A stretch of 64,000 nucleotides of DNA from contig JAFPZU010000005.1 of the NCBI GenBank assembly GCA_017417105.1, positions 16,978 through 80,977 on the forward strand. Reading direction: 5' to 3'. Shown here in pieces: positions 19,456 through 27,870 of this stretch (positions are counted from its first letter, which is position 1; every line of letters starts with the position of its first letter). The stretch comes from Lachnospiraceae bacterium. Its GTDB lineage: Bacteria; Bacillota; Clostridia; Lachnospirales; Lachnospiraceae. A program made the position numbers and the translations under genes. The notes under the pieces are model-generated. The model saw only the letters and a program-made list of their open reading frames with translations. It searched no databases and was not told where the DNA came from.

Positions 19456-19838
19456 GCCTTTTGGTCGGACAGGGGGCAAACCTGATGTGCAGCTTCGGTA
19501 CTGCGCCGGCACCTTTAAAGGTGACATCACAGACTACAGTCACTGCGGGAAATAAGCCGTGCGCTACGATTCAGGACTGTATGCCCAATTCAAATGTAGG
19601 ACCCTTCGGGATGTGTACAACACTTACAAATCCGGCGGTCGCCTCAGCGACAGCGGCGGCTCTCGGAGTACTGACTCCGCAGCCATGTATGCCGGTTCCG
19701 GCAGGAACGTGGATCCCCACGAAGCCTGCGGTGCTTATCGGAGGGAAACCCTGCCTTACGCAGGACTGCAAGATGATGTGCGGATATGCAGGACAGATAT
19801 CGGTTACGCTTCCGGGACAGACTACAGTCACCGCCTGA
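19452..19838 (+). CDS. DUF4280 PAAR-like spike-tip protein
   Basis: GANLMCSFG, PFGMC..LTNPAVASATAAALGVLTPQPCMP, CKMMCGYAGQI; Cys pattern typical of DUF4280. Confidence 0.9.
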   Translation: MSLLVGQGANLMCSFGTAPAPLKVTSQTTVTAGNKPCATIQDCMPNSNVGPFGMCTTLTNPAVASATAAALGVLTPQPCMPVPAGTWIPTKPAVLIGGKPCLTQDCKMMCGYAGQISVTLPGQTTVTA

Positions 19839-19887
19839 TCTTAGGAGCTGTTAATACTTCGGACAACAAAAAGAAAGGAATAAGAAT

Positions 19888-21585
19888 ATGGCAGAGTATT
19901 TTTCACCCGGTGTATATGTGGAGGAATATGACAATTCCCCCCGTAGCATTGAGGGAGTAGGTACAAGCACAGCCGGCTTTGTCGGACTTGCGGAAAAAGG
20001 CCCCATAGAGGGAGCGCCGCAGCTTGTGACGAATTTCAAAAGCTTTACGCAGCAGTATGGCGGATTCTTAAGCGAATTTACTTACGGCGAATACCGCTAT
20101 CTTGCAAACAGCGTTGAGCAGTTTTTTGCAAACGGCGGAACAAGGTGCTATGTAATGAGAGTGGCGCCTGATGATGCGAAGTGCGCAACCGCCGAGATGG
20201 GGATCATGAAGGTCACCGCAAAGAACCCCGGAGCATGGGGAAATAAGGTGCAGATAACCTTAAGCACCATTAAGAAGCAGAAGCTTCAGCTTCTTGAGAA
20301 GACCGAAACCGGCTACAGGGTAAAGAGTACGGAAGGCTTCAGAGAGGGAGACGTCGTTGAATTTGAGGGAACATATACAAAGATAAAGACTATCTTTGAC
20401 AATATCATGACCTTTGAAGACGAGCTTCCCGACAAGGCTGTTGATGATGCGATCATCCCGAAGGCTCTTCTTTATCTTGTAACGGCAAACATGAGTGTGC
20501 GCTACGCGGATGAGGCGGAAAACTACACCGAGCTTTCCTTCAATCAGGAGTCGCCTAAGTATATAGGCGCAAGACTTGCACTCAGTGAGCTTGTAGAAGT
20601 TGAGCTTAAGGATGCCGGAGATGAGGGAAATCCTGTTGAGTCTATCTTAGGAGAAGGCAACGAGAGCGGAGCATTCTTCCTGGATAAAGGAACCGACGGA
20701 TCTGTTTCAAAGATCAACGCGGGAACCTTTATCGGTAAGGACGGCGGACCCGGTAAGCGTACCGGTATACAGTCCTTCATCGAGAATACGTTAGTCAGCA
20801 TGATGGCAGTACCCGGCATAACAATGCCTGAGGTCATAGTTGCTCTTGTTTCTCACTGTGAGAACCTTAAGAGCCGCTTCGCAGTTTTTGATATGCCGAA
20901 GGATATGTACAAGACTGCTGACCTTATAGGGTACAGGGGAATAATAGATTCCACCTACGCCGCTATGTATCATCCCTGGATAGAGGTATTTGACCGCTCT
21001 TCAAACAAGTCGGACTTTATTCCGCCTTCAGGGGCAGTTTTAGGTGTTTATTCAAGGACTGACATAAACCGCGGCGTACATAAGGCACCGGCTAACGAGA
21101 CGGTATTCTGTACCGGCCTTAAGGTGAACTATACCAAGGACGAGCAGGATATCTTAAACCCCGAGGGAGTAAACCTCATAAGAGCGCTTCCGGGACAGGG
21201 GATACGTATCTGGGGTGCACGTACCGCTTCTTCAAACTCAAGCTTCAAGTACGTGAATGTCCGCAGACTCTTCATCTATGTGGAGGAGAGCATCAAGGCG
21301 AACACGAACTGGGTGGTCTTCGAGCCCAACGACGCTACATTGTGGCAGCGAGTGGAGCTTACCATCACAGGCTTCTTAGACGGCCTTTGGAGAAACGGAA
21401 TGCTTGCGGGAGATTCACCTGCTACCAGCTATTTCGTGGAGATAGGTCCAAGCACCATGTCGCGTGATGATATTCAGAACGGCAAACTTATCTGCAATAT
21501 AGGCATAGCGCCTTCAAGACCTGCAGAGTTTGTTATCTTCCGTGTAACTCAGTTCACTGCTGAGGCAGGCGGCGGAGAAGGTTAA
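19888..21585 (+). CDS. Contractile tail sheath protein (Afp2/3/4-like)
   Basis: MAEYFSPGVYVEE, FFANGG, PPSG, GVHKAPAN, IWGART, YVNVRRL, WVVFEPND, PAEFVIFR. Confidence 0.96.
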   Translation: MAEYFSPGVYVEEYDNSPRSIEGVGTSTAGFVGLAEKGPIEGAPQLVTNFKSFTQQYGGFLSEFTYGEYRYLANSVEQFFANGGTRCYVMRVAPDDAKCATAEMGIMKVTAKNPGAWGNKVQITLSTIKKQKLQLLEKTETGYRVKSTEGFREGDVVEFEGTYTKIKTIFDNIMTFEDELPDKAVDDAIIPKALLYLVTANMSVRYADEAENYTELSFNQESPKYIGARLALSELVEVELKDAGDEGNPVESILGEGNESGAFFLDKGTDGSVSKINAGTFIGKDGGPGKRTGIQSFIENTLVSMMAVPGITMPEVIVALVSHCENLKSRFAVFDMPKDMYKTADLIGYRGIIDSTYAAMYHPWIEVFDRSSNKSDFIPPSGAVLGVYSRTDINRGVHKAPANETVFCTGLKVNYTKDEQDILNPEGVNLIRALPGQGIRIWGARTASSNSSFKYVNVRRLFIYVEESIKANTNWVVFEPNDATLWQRVELTITGFLDGLWRNGMLAGDSPATSYFVEIGPSTMSRDDIQNGKLICNIGIAPSRPAEFVIFRVTQFTAEAGGGEG

Positions 21586-21611
21586 AAGTGGAAAGAGAGG
21601 AAAGATAAACT

Positions 21612-22112
21612 ATGGCAGCAGATACTTATACTAATGGAGCCGGGTCTTATTATCCGCTCACGAAGATGAACTTTCTCGTCACAGTTGCCACGATCGCCGG
21701 AACCGCTGCATTCAGTGAGGTGACAGGTGTGGAAGGCACTGTTGACGTGATAGAGTTCAGGCAGGGAAATTCGGGGTCACTGGCTCCGGTTAAGATCCCG
21801 GGACTTGTAAAGCACGGTAACGTTACATTAAAGATGGGCTATATCCTGGACAGCCCGTTCAAGACCTGGGTACAGGAGTGCGTAAGCGAGACCAGAGGGC
21901 AGATGCCGAGGTACGATGTTACGATAGAGCTTATCGACATCAATCCGGGGGCACCTGCAAAGGTTGTGGAGTCTACCACAGGACAGCGTATCTGGACTTT
22001 GACCAATGCATGGGTTACGAAGTACAGCGCGCCGGATCTTGATGCGAAGACTTCGGATGTTGCGATCGAGAGTGTTGAGATCGCGTATGAGGAACTTGTT
22101 ATTCCTAACTAA
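21612..22112 (+). CDS. Tail tube protein (T4 gp19-like, Afp1-like)
   Basis: FSEVTG, IEFRQGN, KIPGLVKHGNVTLKMG, WTLTNAWVTKYSAPDLDA, VAIESVEIAYE. Confidence 0.95.
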   Translation: MAADTYTNGAGSYYPLTKMNFLVTVATIAGTAAFSEVTGVEGTVDVIEFRQGNSGSLAPVKIPGLVKHGNVTLKMGYILDSPFKTWVQECVSETRGQMPRYDVTIELIDINPGAPAKVVESTTGQRIWTLTNAWVTKYSAPDLDAKTSDVAIESVEIAYEELVIPN

Positions 22113-22134
22113 AGTTCTGTTTCACAGGTTTTTC

Positions 22135-22162
22135 GGGTACACGGGTGACGATCCGTGTACCC
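22135..22162 (+). promoter_or_regulatory. Intergenic stem-loop downstream of the tube gene
   Basis: GGGTACACGG (22135-22144) pairs perfectly with CCGTGTACCC (22153-22162); no following U-tract. Confidence 0.6.
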
Positions 22163-22239
22163 TGTAAGGCAAGTGAGATACTTGGGGTGTGTTGGGGCAG
22201 GCGACGGCAGGTAATATTTTAGTAATTCAGGAGGATTTC

Positions 22240-22602
22240 ATGGAAACGGTTTATGATTTTACGCTCCCGAAGGGGTATCTGGACGGGAACGGGGAGCTGC
22301 ATAAGAGGGGAAGAATGAGACTTGCTACGGCGGGGGATGAGATATCCGCCACAAGGGATCCCAGAGTGCTTTCGAATCCTTCTTATCTTACCATAGTGAT
22401 ACTCAGCAGGGTAATAACGGAGATCGAGGGAGTGGACAGTATCTCGGCGACTCTTATAGAAAAGCTTTTTACGGCTGATCTGGCTTTTTTGCAGGATATG
22501 TATCAGAGAATAAATGACATCGAGCCGCCGACGCTTACGGCGGTATGTCCAAAGTGCGGAGAAAGCTTTGAGGTACCGCTAAATTTTACCGGGGAGGGAT
22601 AA
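22240..22602 (+). CDS. Tail assembly chaperone
   Basis: AGGAGG RBS before ATG 22240; FTLPKGYLD..G.LH..G.MRLATAGDEI, LFTADLAFLQDMYQRIN, CPKCG. Confidence 0.85.
   Translation: METVYDFTLPKGYLDGNGELHKRGRMRLATAGDEISATRDPRVLSNPSYLTIVILSRVITEIEGVDSISATLIEKLFTADLAFLQDMYQRINDIEPPTLTAVCPKCGESFEVPLNFTGEG
22581..22587 (+). other. Putative -1 programmed ribosomal frameshift heptamer A_AAT_TTT
   Basis: X_XXY_YYZ heptamer in the correct phase near the end of the chaperone gene; the -1 frame is open to 22802. Confidence 0.7.
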
Positions 22603-22802
22603 GGCTCTACCCGGAGGATGATCTCTATAAAGAGATGTCCTTCATATCCTACTACTTCCACTGGAGCGAGGATGAGGTGCTTCGTCTTGAGCATAATAAA
22701 CGCAGGAAGTGGTGCAGTGAGATATCAAGGATAAATGAAAGCCTTAATCCCTCGAAGGATAAGAAAGAAAAAAGTATTTTTGAAATGAAAGCGAGCCGGT
22801 AA
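22599..22802 (+). CDS. DUF6760-like small protein (absent from ORF track), probably the frameshift extension of the chaperone
   Basis: -1 frame reads IRLYPEDDLYKEMSFISYYFHWSEDEVLRLEHNKRRKWCSEISRINESLNPSKDKKEKSIFEMKASR*; first in-frame ATG is at 22635, inside the conserved motif. Confidence 0.8.
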   Translation: MRLYPEDDLYKEMSFISYYFHWSEDEVLRLEHNKRRKWCSEISRINESLNPSKDKKEKSIFEMKASR

Positions 22803-22805
22803 AAC

Positions 22806-23786
22806 ATGGCATTACTCAGAAGAGATACGACAATAGGGAATTACGATCATAAGAATAAAGGATACGAGCTTAATCCTGTGGTCGGGTATAATTTCGATCT
22901 TGAGGTGGAGGCGGCATTTTTCATGCCTTTAAGGTCGGTGAAGGTATTCAGCAAGGAGAATGAATTTGAATACTATCAGGAGGGTGGACTTAATGATTAT
23001 GTTCATATGCTGAGGAAGCCCATTTCAAAGCCTTTTACTTTTCAGGTTGAAAGATATGTGGGAGTTTCGGGATCGAAGGTCAGTACCATAGGCGGCATAG
23101 ATCCCATAGCGCTTGGCACGGAGCTTGTCCTGCCGGTGATCCTTTATGTTTCGAGGGCGCTTTCTTCAGGGATAAACAAAGACTTTTCACTAAGCAATGT
23201 GGCAAGGGCATATGTATTTACAGGCTGTGTTGTGACGGCAAAGGAATACGGAGAGCTGGATGCGGAAAAGAGTTCTCTTCACACGGAGACGACTACCATA
23301 GCCTACAAGGAGCTTTTTGTCATAAATAACCCCGTAAGCGACAGAGAACGCCTGGGCTGGGATATGGGAGATGCTCCCGGAAGCACGACAAACAGCAGAA
23401 CCGTCAAGACGGCTGCAAAAAATGATAAGAGCGATGACGATAAAAGGCTGTTTATTCTTAATGATGATTCGGGCAATCCTAAGAGCGAGAGAAGTGCTGC
23501 GACACAGCCCGGCGATTCAGACCGTGCAGAGCAGTTCCTCTGGGCTATCGGTTCAAAGCCCGGATCACATAAAAACAGCGATCATATAAGAACCGCAAAA
23601 GACAGCGGAAAGCCCGAGCAGTTCATCTGGGATATCGGGGAAAAGCCGGGGTCTCACAAAAACAGCGGTCATATAAGGACTGCAGAGGACAGCGGGACGT
23701 CGGAAAAAGTACTCTGGGATATCAGGCCGAAGCCCGGTAATACCAAGAACTTAAGGGCAAAGAAGGCGGAGGCTTTAAGCACCTGA
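22806..23786 (+). CDS. Second tube-like protein (Afp5-like) with C-terminal repeat extension
   Basis: NPVVGYNFDLEV, EYYQEGGLNDYVHML, YGELDA, ETTTIAYKEL gp19-like motifs; about 150 extra C-terminal residues. Confidence 0.8.
   Translation: MALLRRDTTIGNYDHKNKGYELNPVVGYNFDLEVEAAFFMPLRSVKVFSKENEFEYYQEGGLNDYVHMLRKPISKPFTFQVERYVGVSGSKVSTIGGIDPIALGTELVLPVILYVSRALSSGINKDFSLSNVARAYVFTGCVVTAKEYGELDAEKSSLHTETTTIAYKELFVINNPVSDRERLGWDMGDAPGSTTNSRTVKTAAKNDKSDDDKRLFILNDDSGNPKSERSAATQPGDSDRAEQFLWAIGSKPGSHKNSDHIRTAKDSGKPEQFIWDIGEKPGSHKNSGHIRTAEDSGTSEKVLWDIRPKPGNTKNLRAKKAEALST
23529..23750 (+). repeat. 87-bp (29-aa) tandem coding repeat, about 2.5 copies
   Basis: Units start at 23529, 23616 and 23703: EQFLWAIGSKPGSHKNSDHIRTAKDSGKP / EQFIWDIGEKPGSHKNSGHIRTAEDSGTS / EKVLWDIRPKPGNTKN. 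Confidence 0.9.
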
Positions 23787-23787
23787 T

Positions 23788-26073
23788 ATGCTTACAATAA
23801 AAGCTCCCATTGAACTTAAAAACCGCAGCGGGTTCGTTCACGACAATGAAGGGTTCTGTCATATGATTACCGGCAGATATTCCCTTATGGGTTCGAATAT
23901 AGATGGGGAGGACCTTCTGCATGCCGTAACGACTCCGCCGGAGATCTTCATAGCCGAGGGAAACCAGACTACGGTCACGGGGAATACTTTTTTTAATAAC
24001 CGGAATGAGGAGAAGCTTGAGATAATAAATAACGTGCTGAACCGCATCCTTGTATCCGCGGATATGGAGCTTGCCTATCAGGACAGGGCATATATTACCG
24101 ACGTACTTTACAAGATGGGCATAAGGGATGACAGGCGTTTCATGAGCGAAGTAAGACAGTTCATGGAGGAAACAAAGCAGGAGAATAATCTCATAAACCT
24201 TTATCTTTCAGGCGGGATGGAAGCCCTTAAGGAGACCATAAGGGAAGCTGCCGGTGAGATACGTACCGTAAGAGAAGAAAGGGGCGCAGAGCCTGACAGA
24301 TATTACGAGAATCATTTAAGCTACGATATCATGCACAGGCTTCAGACAGGAGCCGTTTATCAGATAGTATCAAACTTTGCAAGGAGCGTTAACAACAATA
24401 ATATAAGCGAGCTCGAGGCCGTGCTTTCCGAACAGGATAAGACCGCCGAAAGGATGCTGGTTCAGAGGATAGCGGAGAATATAAGATCCGAAGCCTATGA
24501 ACTGATATACAGGACAGAGGAAGGCGGAAGCGAAACTTATGAGGGGGATATCCTTCAGAATATCGATGTCTACAGAAACGTAAACATCACGGAACAGGAT
24601 ATGAGGCGTTTTGACAGCGCAGAAGGCTATGACAGAGGTCCCCAGAGGATAAGAGATCTTGCAGGTGATGAGAATGATACGGGGCAAAGAGCGGCGGATA
24701 TCATATACCGCGAGGGGGACAGCTACAGGGAAGATACCTATGAAGATAATGTCACGGTAAATACCGGAAATGAAAGGATACTGAACAACATTAATCTTGA
24801 TGCAAGACGGTATGAGACGGGAGCTGAGCCTTCAGGGAGGGGAGACAGGATACTTACGGACAGGATACTTCTTAGCATAACCCGTCCTGAGGTTAAGTTT
24901 ACATACAGAAGCGAAAACCGCTATGAGGATGAATTTATTACCAATGAACAGAATGAAACGGGGATAAGAAACGATATCACCCAGGCAGTTCTCTATGATA
25001 TAGTTAAGAACCTTTATAATACGGGCTACGAGAGGATAAATGAAAATACTGAGCACTGGTATGACTTAAGGAAGGTAATTTCAAAGAATTCGGAGAACAC
25101 TCTTACGAGACTGCATCAGATGACGAACGATATCTATGTAAGCTATGTGGAGGAAGCTCCGGAAGAAAATCCGGCGGAGACGGTCTATAATGATACCGAA
25201 TCCAGGCTTATCGAAGAGACGGAATCGACCACCGATAATGTGGAGCTTATCAGGGAGCAGATAAGAAGGACAGACGAGAATAACCTCAAAAATGTAGAGC
25301 GCTACCGCCAGATAATGGAGGTTATAAATAAGGTCAGGGAAACGGAAGTAAGAACTGACGGCGCAAGAAGGACCAGACAGGCTTCCCTTGAGGCTTTAAG
25401 GGATTCAAAAGCCGTAGAAAGGCTTCTGGGAGCAGAAGAACGTTCAGATGAAAACGCAAGGAGAAAAGCGCTGGATGAGATAATGACCTATCTGCCCGAA
25501 AGCTCGGCAAGCATCCTTTCGATACTGGAGCAGCATCTGGACGGCGACACGGTAGATATGGGAGATACGAATATTATCTCAAACGATATCACCTATCTCG
25601 TAAGGGATATAGAGCAGAACTTTGAGGGAGAAAGAACCAGGGAGCTTGTCTTACGGGAAAGAGAAGCGGAGGAGAGTGCCGCTTCAGAGGAGATAGAAAA
25701 GATAAGGGCAAGGCAGGAAGCGAACGAAAATGTGCCCGCACAGGGAAGGGCGGAGGAAGCGTCCCCGGAGCTTGTCCACAAGGTGAGCGAGGCTTTATCC
25801 TACGAGGAGCTGCAGGAGACTTTGGAGCAGGTCAGGCAGCAGAGGGAGAATCACGTAAACGAGAATGAGATCGTAACGGAGGAAACCGAAAACCGTACCA
25901 ATGTTATCCATACCGTTACGGAAAACCGCTCCTATATAACGAATGAGGACAGAGAAGATATAGCGGAGATGGTTCACCGGGGAGTCAAGCAGCAGATGGG
26001 AGCCATATCCGAAGAAGTCCTTCATAAGCTTGAAAAAAGACTGAGAAATGAAAAGAACAGAAGAGGGATCTGA
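23788..26073 (+). CDS. CIS-associated acidic helical protein (tape-measure candidate)
   Basis: 761 aa, E/R/N-rich; ends EEVLHKLEKRLRNEKNRRGI, resembling C-termini seen in eCIS loci. Confidence 0.55.
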   Translation: MLTIKAPIELKNRSGFVHDNEGFCHMITGRYSLMGSNIDGEDLLHAVTTPPEIFIAEGNQTTVTGNTFFNNRNEEKLEIINNVLNRILVSADMELAYQDRAYITDVLYKMGIRDDRRFMSEVRQFMEETKQENNLINLYLSGGMEALKETIREAAGEIRTVREERGAEPDRYYENHLSYDIMHRLQTGAVYQIVSNFARSVNNNNISELEAVLSEQDKTAERMLVQRIAENIRSEAYELIYRTEEGGSETYEGDILQNIDVYRNVNITEQDMRRFDSAEGYDRGPQRIRDLAGDENDTGQRAADIIYREGDSYREDTYEDNVTVNTGNERILNNINLDARRYETGAEPSGRGDRILTDRILLSITRPEVKFTYRSENRYEDEFITNEQNETGIRNDITQAVLYDIVKNLYNTGYERINENTEHWYDLRKVISKNSENTLTRLHQMTNDIYVSYVEEAPEENPAETVYNDTESRLIEETESTTDNVELIREQIRRTDENNLKNVERYRQIMEVINKVRETEVRTDGARRTRQASLEALRDSKAVERLLGAEERSDENARRKALDEIMTYLPESSASILSILEQHLDGDTVDMGDTNIISNDITYLVRDIEQNFEGERTRELVLREREAEESAASEEIEKIRARQEANENVPAQGRAEEASPELVHKVSEALSYEELQETLEQVRQQRENHVNENEIVTEETENRTNVIHTVTENRSYITNEDREDIAEMVHRGVKQQMGAISEEVLHKLEKRLRNEKNRRGI

Positions 26074-26076
26074 TAA

Positions 26077-26919
26077 ATGGGTATAATGTCTCAGAATATA
26101 GGCCGGAGCGTTACCGGGAATGTAGTAAAGGCGGTACTTTGCATAAGAACCCTGCCTAAAGGTGAGGCGGTTACCTATGAAAAGAAGATCTCCAAAGAAG
26201 AAGAAGAAGCCATAAAAAATGTAGTACAGCTTAACAGTGACCTTATAAAGCGGGCAAAGGAGACACTTGACGGCAAGAAAGGGTCGGCAACCTTTGATGA
26301 TATAAAAAGCATCGCATCAAAAAACAGCTATATAGCCCTGGAGGTACAGTATAATCCCGAATCCTTAAGGCTTGAGACTTCCGCGGGAAGACAGCTTAAC
26401 TACAGCGGGGGAGGCATGGGAACCCAGGTTCAGCAGGTTTTGATGCCTGCTGCAACCAATCTCTCGTTTGAGCTTTTATTCGATGATGTAAACGTACAGG
26501 ATGCTTTCATGCTTGAAGGAAATCCCGTTACGAGCGCTTCAACCGGAAACGTTTTGAAGGCGGTAGAAAGTGCGGTCACAGGATCAGGATATTCCGTACA
26601 GAGGCAGATGGAAGGACTTCTTGCCCTGCTTACCGTGCCGCAGTCAAAGCACGTGATCTTTTTCTGGGGAGCCATGTGCTTTCGGGGAGAGGTGACGGAG
26701 GTTTCCACAACCTACACCATGTTTAACAAGAAGGGTAAGCCTGTAAGGGGAAAGCTTGGAATGTCAATAAGACAGGGTTCAAATATCGGGGATGAGGCGG
26801 CGTACCATTATGATAATAAATACTGGGATGATGCGATAGACAGATCTTTTAAAAGCTCAATGGATTCAGGCTTTGGAGTCAGTGATCTTTCGAATAACCT
26901 GCTGAATCTCAAGCTCTGA
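26077..26919 (+). CDS. CIS tube-initiator-like protein 1 (Afp7/Pvc7 N-terminal domain), no LysM
   Basis: VQYNPESL, LSFELLFD, VIFFWGAMCFRG, YTMFNKKGKPVRG. Confidence 0.8.
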   Translation: MGIMSQNIGRSVTGNVVKAVLCIRTLPKGEAVTYEKKISKEEEEAIKNVVQLNSDLIKRAKETLDGKKGSATFDDIKSIASKNSYIALEVQYNPESLRLETSAGRQLNYSGGGMGTQVQQVLMPAATNLSFELLFDDVNVQDAFMLEGNPVTSASTGNVLKAVESAVTGSGYSVQRQMEGLLALLTVPQSKHVIFFWGAMCFRGEVTEVSTTYTMFNKKGKPVRGKLGMSIRQGSNIGDEAAYHYDNKYWDDAIDRSFKSSMDSGFGVSDLSNNLLNLKL

Positions 26920-26939
26920 TGTAAAGGAACGGTGGCAGG

Positions 26940-27869
26940 ATGGCAAATGCTTTTACGGATTTTATGAAACAGGATATGGCGGGCTATGTGGAAAAGGCCG
27001 TCATTGAGGTGATCGATCTCAGGAAAAGAGAAGATATAAAAGAAGAAAATGGCGTTGGTGTAAAAGCGAAGCAGACGTCGATGGGCGGTGAAAACTTTTC
27101 CTATGACATGGATACAGTAACGGGGGCTGCTCTTTCAAAAGGAGAATCGCTTGTCGCAAAAAGCGTGGATCAGCTCGGGCTTGGGGGTAACAGACCTGAA
27201 AATCCCCTGGAGAAAGCTCTGAACCTTACGGCTGAGAATAAGAAGTATTTTACCGTTCAGTTTAATCCCGGTACATTAAGTCTTAGCGGACACGGAGGAG
27301 GACTTGTACAGAAGATCAAATACAATACCGTGAAAAGACCTGATGATGTAGAAGGCGACGAAGATAAAAAACCGCCGGTCAGCAGTGAGGGAGTTGCAAC
27401 CTTTGAAAAGGGAGATACTTATATCAACCTTTCGGTTCAGCTCATGTTTGATGCCTGTGACCCGCAGGACGCTTTTATGGGGGATAAGCTTAATATCGCC
27501 CCTTCCGCGGCTGTTACGGACGTAGCCAAGGGCATATCCTACGGGCTTGGGAAAAAGAAGACCTCCGTACAGAAGGAGGTGGAGGGCTTTATCGGTGCCT
27601 TAAGAAACAGGTATACAAGGAATGTAACCTTTTACTGGAGCGACTTTAACTATTCAGGAAGGCTTAAGTCGGTGAATGCGAACTATGTCATGTTCAATCC
27701 CAACGGAGAGCCGGTAAGGGCGACGGTGGATCTTGTTATAACCTGTGCCGATGACGTTACCGATCCCTTATCCCTTAATGACTGGAGAACAAAATATGCA
27801 AACGCGTTTACAAAAAGCGAAAGCTATGTAAGAAACTCGCAGAAGGTCGGGAATATTTTGAATATCTGA
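26940..27869 (+). CDS. CIS tube-initiator-like protein 2 (Afp7/Pvc7 N-terminal domain), no LysM
   Basis: VQFNPGTL, LSVQLMFD, VTFYWSDFNYSG, YVMFNPNGEPVRATV. Confidence 0.8.
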   Translation: MANAFTDFMKQDMAGYVEKAVIEVIDLRKREDIKEENGVGVKAKQTSMGGENFSYDMDTVTGAALSKGESLVAKSVDQLGLGGNRPENPLEKALNLTAENKKYFTVQFNPGTLSLSGHGGGLVQKIKYNTVKRPDDVEGDEDKKPPVSSEGVATFEKGDTYINLSVQLMFDACDPQDAFMGDKLNIAPSAAVTDVAKGISYGLGKKKTSVQKEVEGFIGALRNRYTRNVTFYWSDFNYSGRLKSVNANYVMFNPNGEPVRATVDLVITCADDVTDPLSLNDWRTKYANAFTKSESYVRNSQKVGNILNI

Positions 27870-27870
27870 T

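Noticed and set aside
22189-22239. Longer ORF-track starts (also 46690, 55073, 57726, 58460, 60628)
   Set aside because: Downstream ATGs have better RBS or motif context, so starts were moved.
23529-23750. 87-bp repeats as a CRISPR array
   Set aside because: Contiguous in-frame coding repeats without unique spacers.
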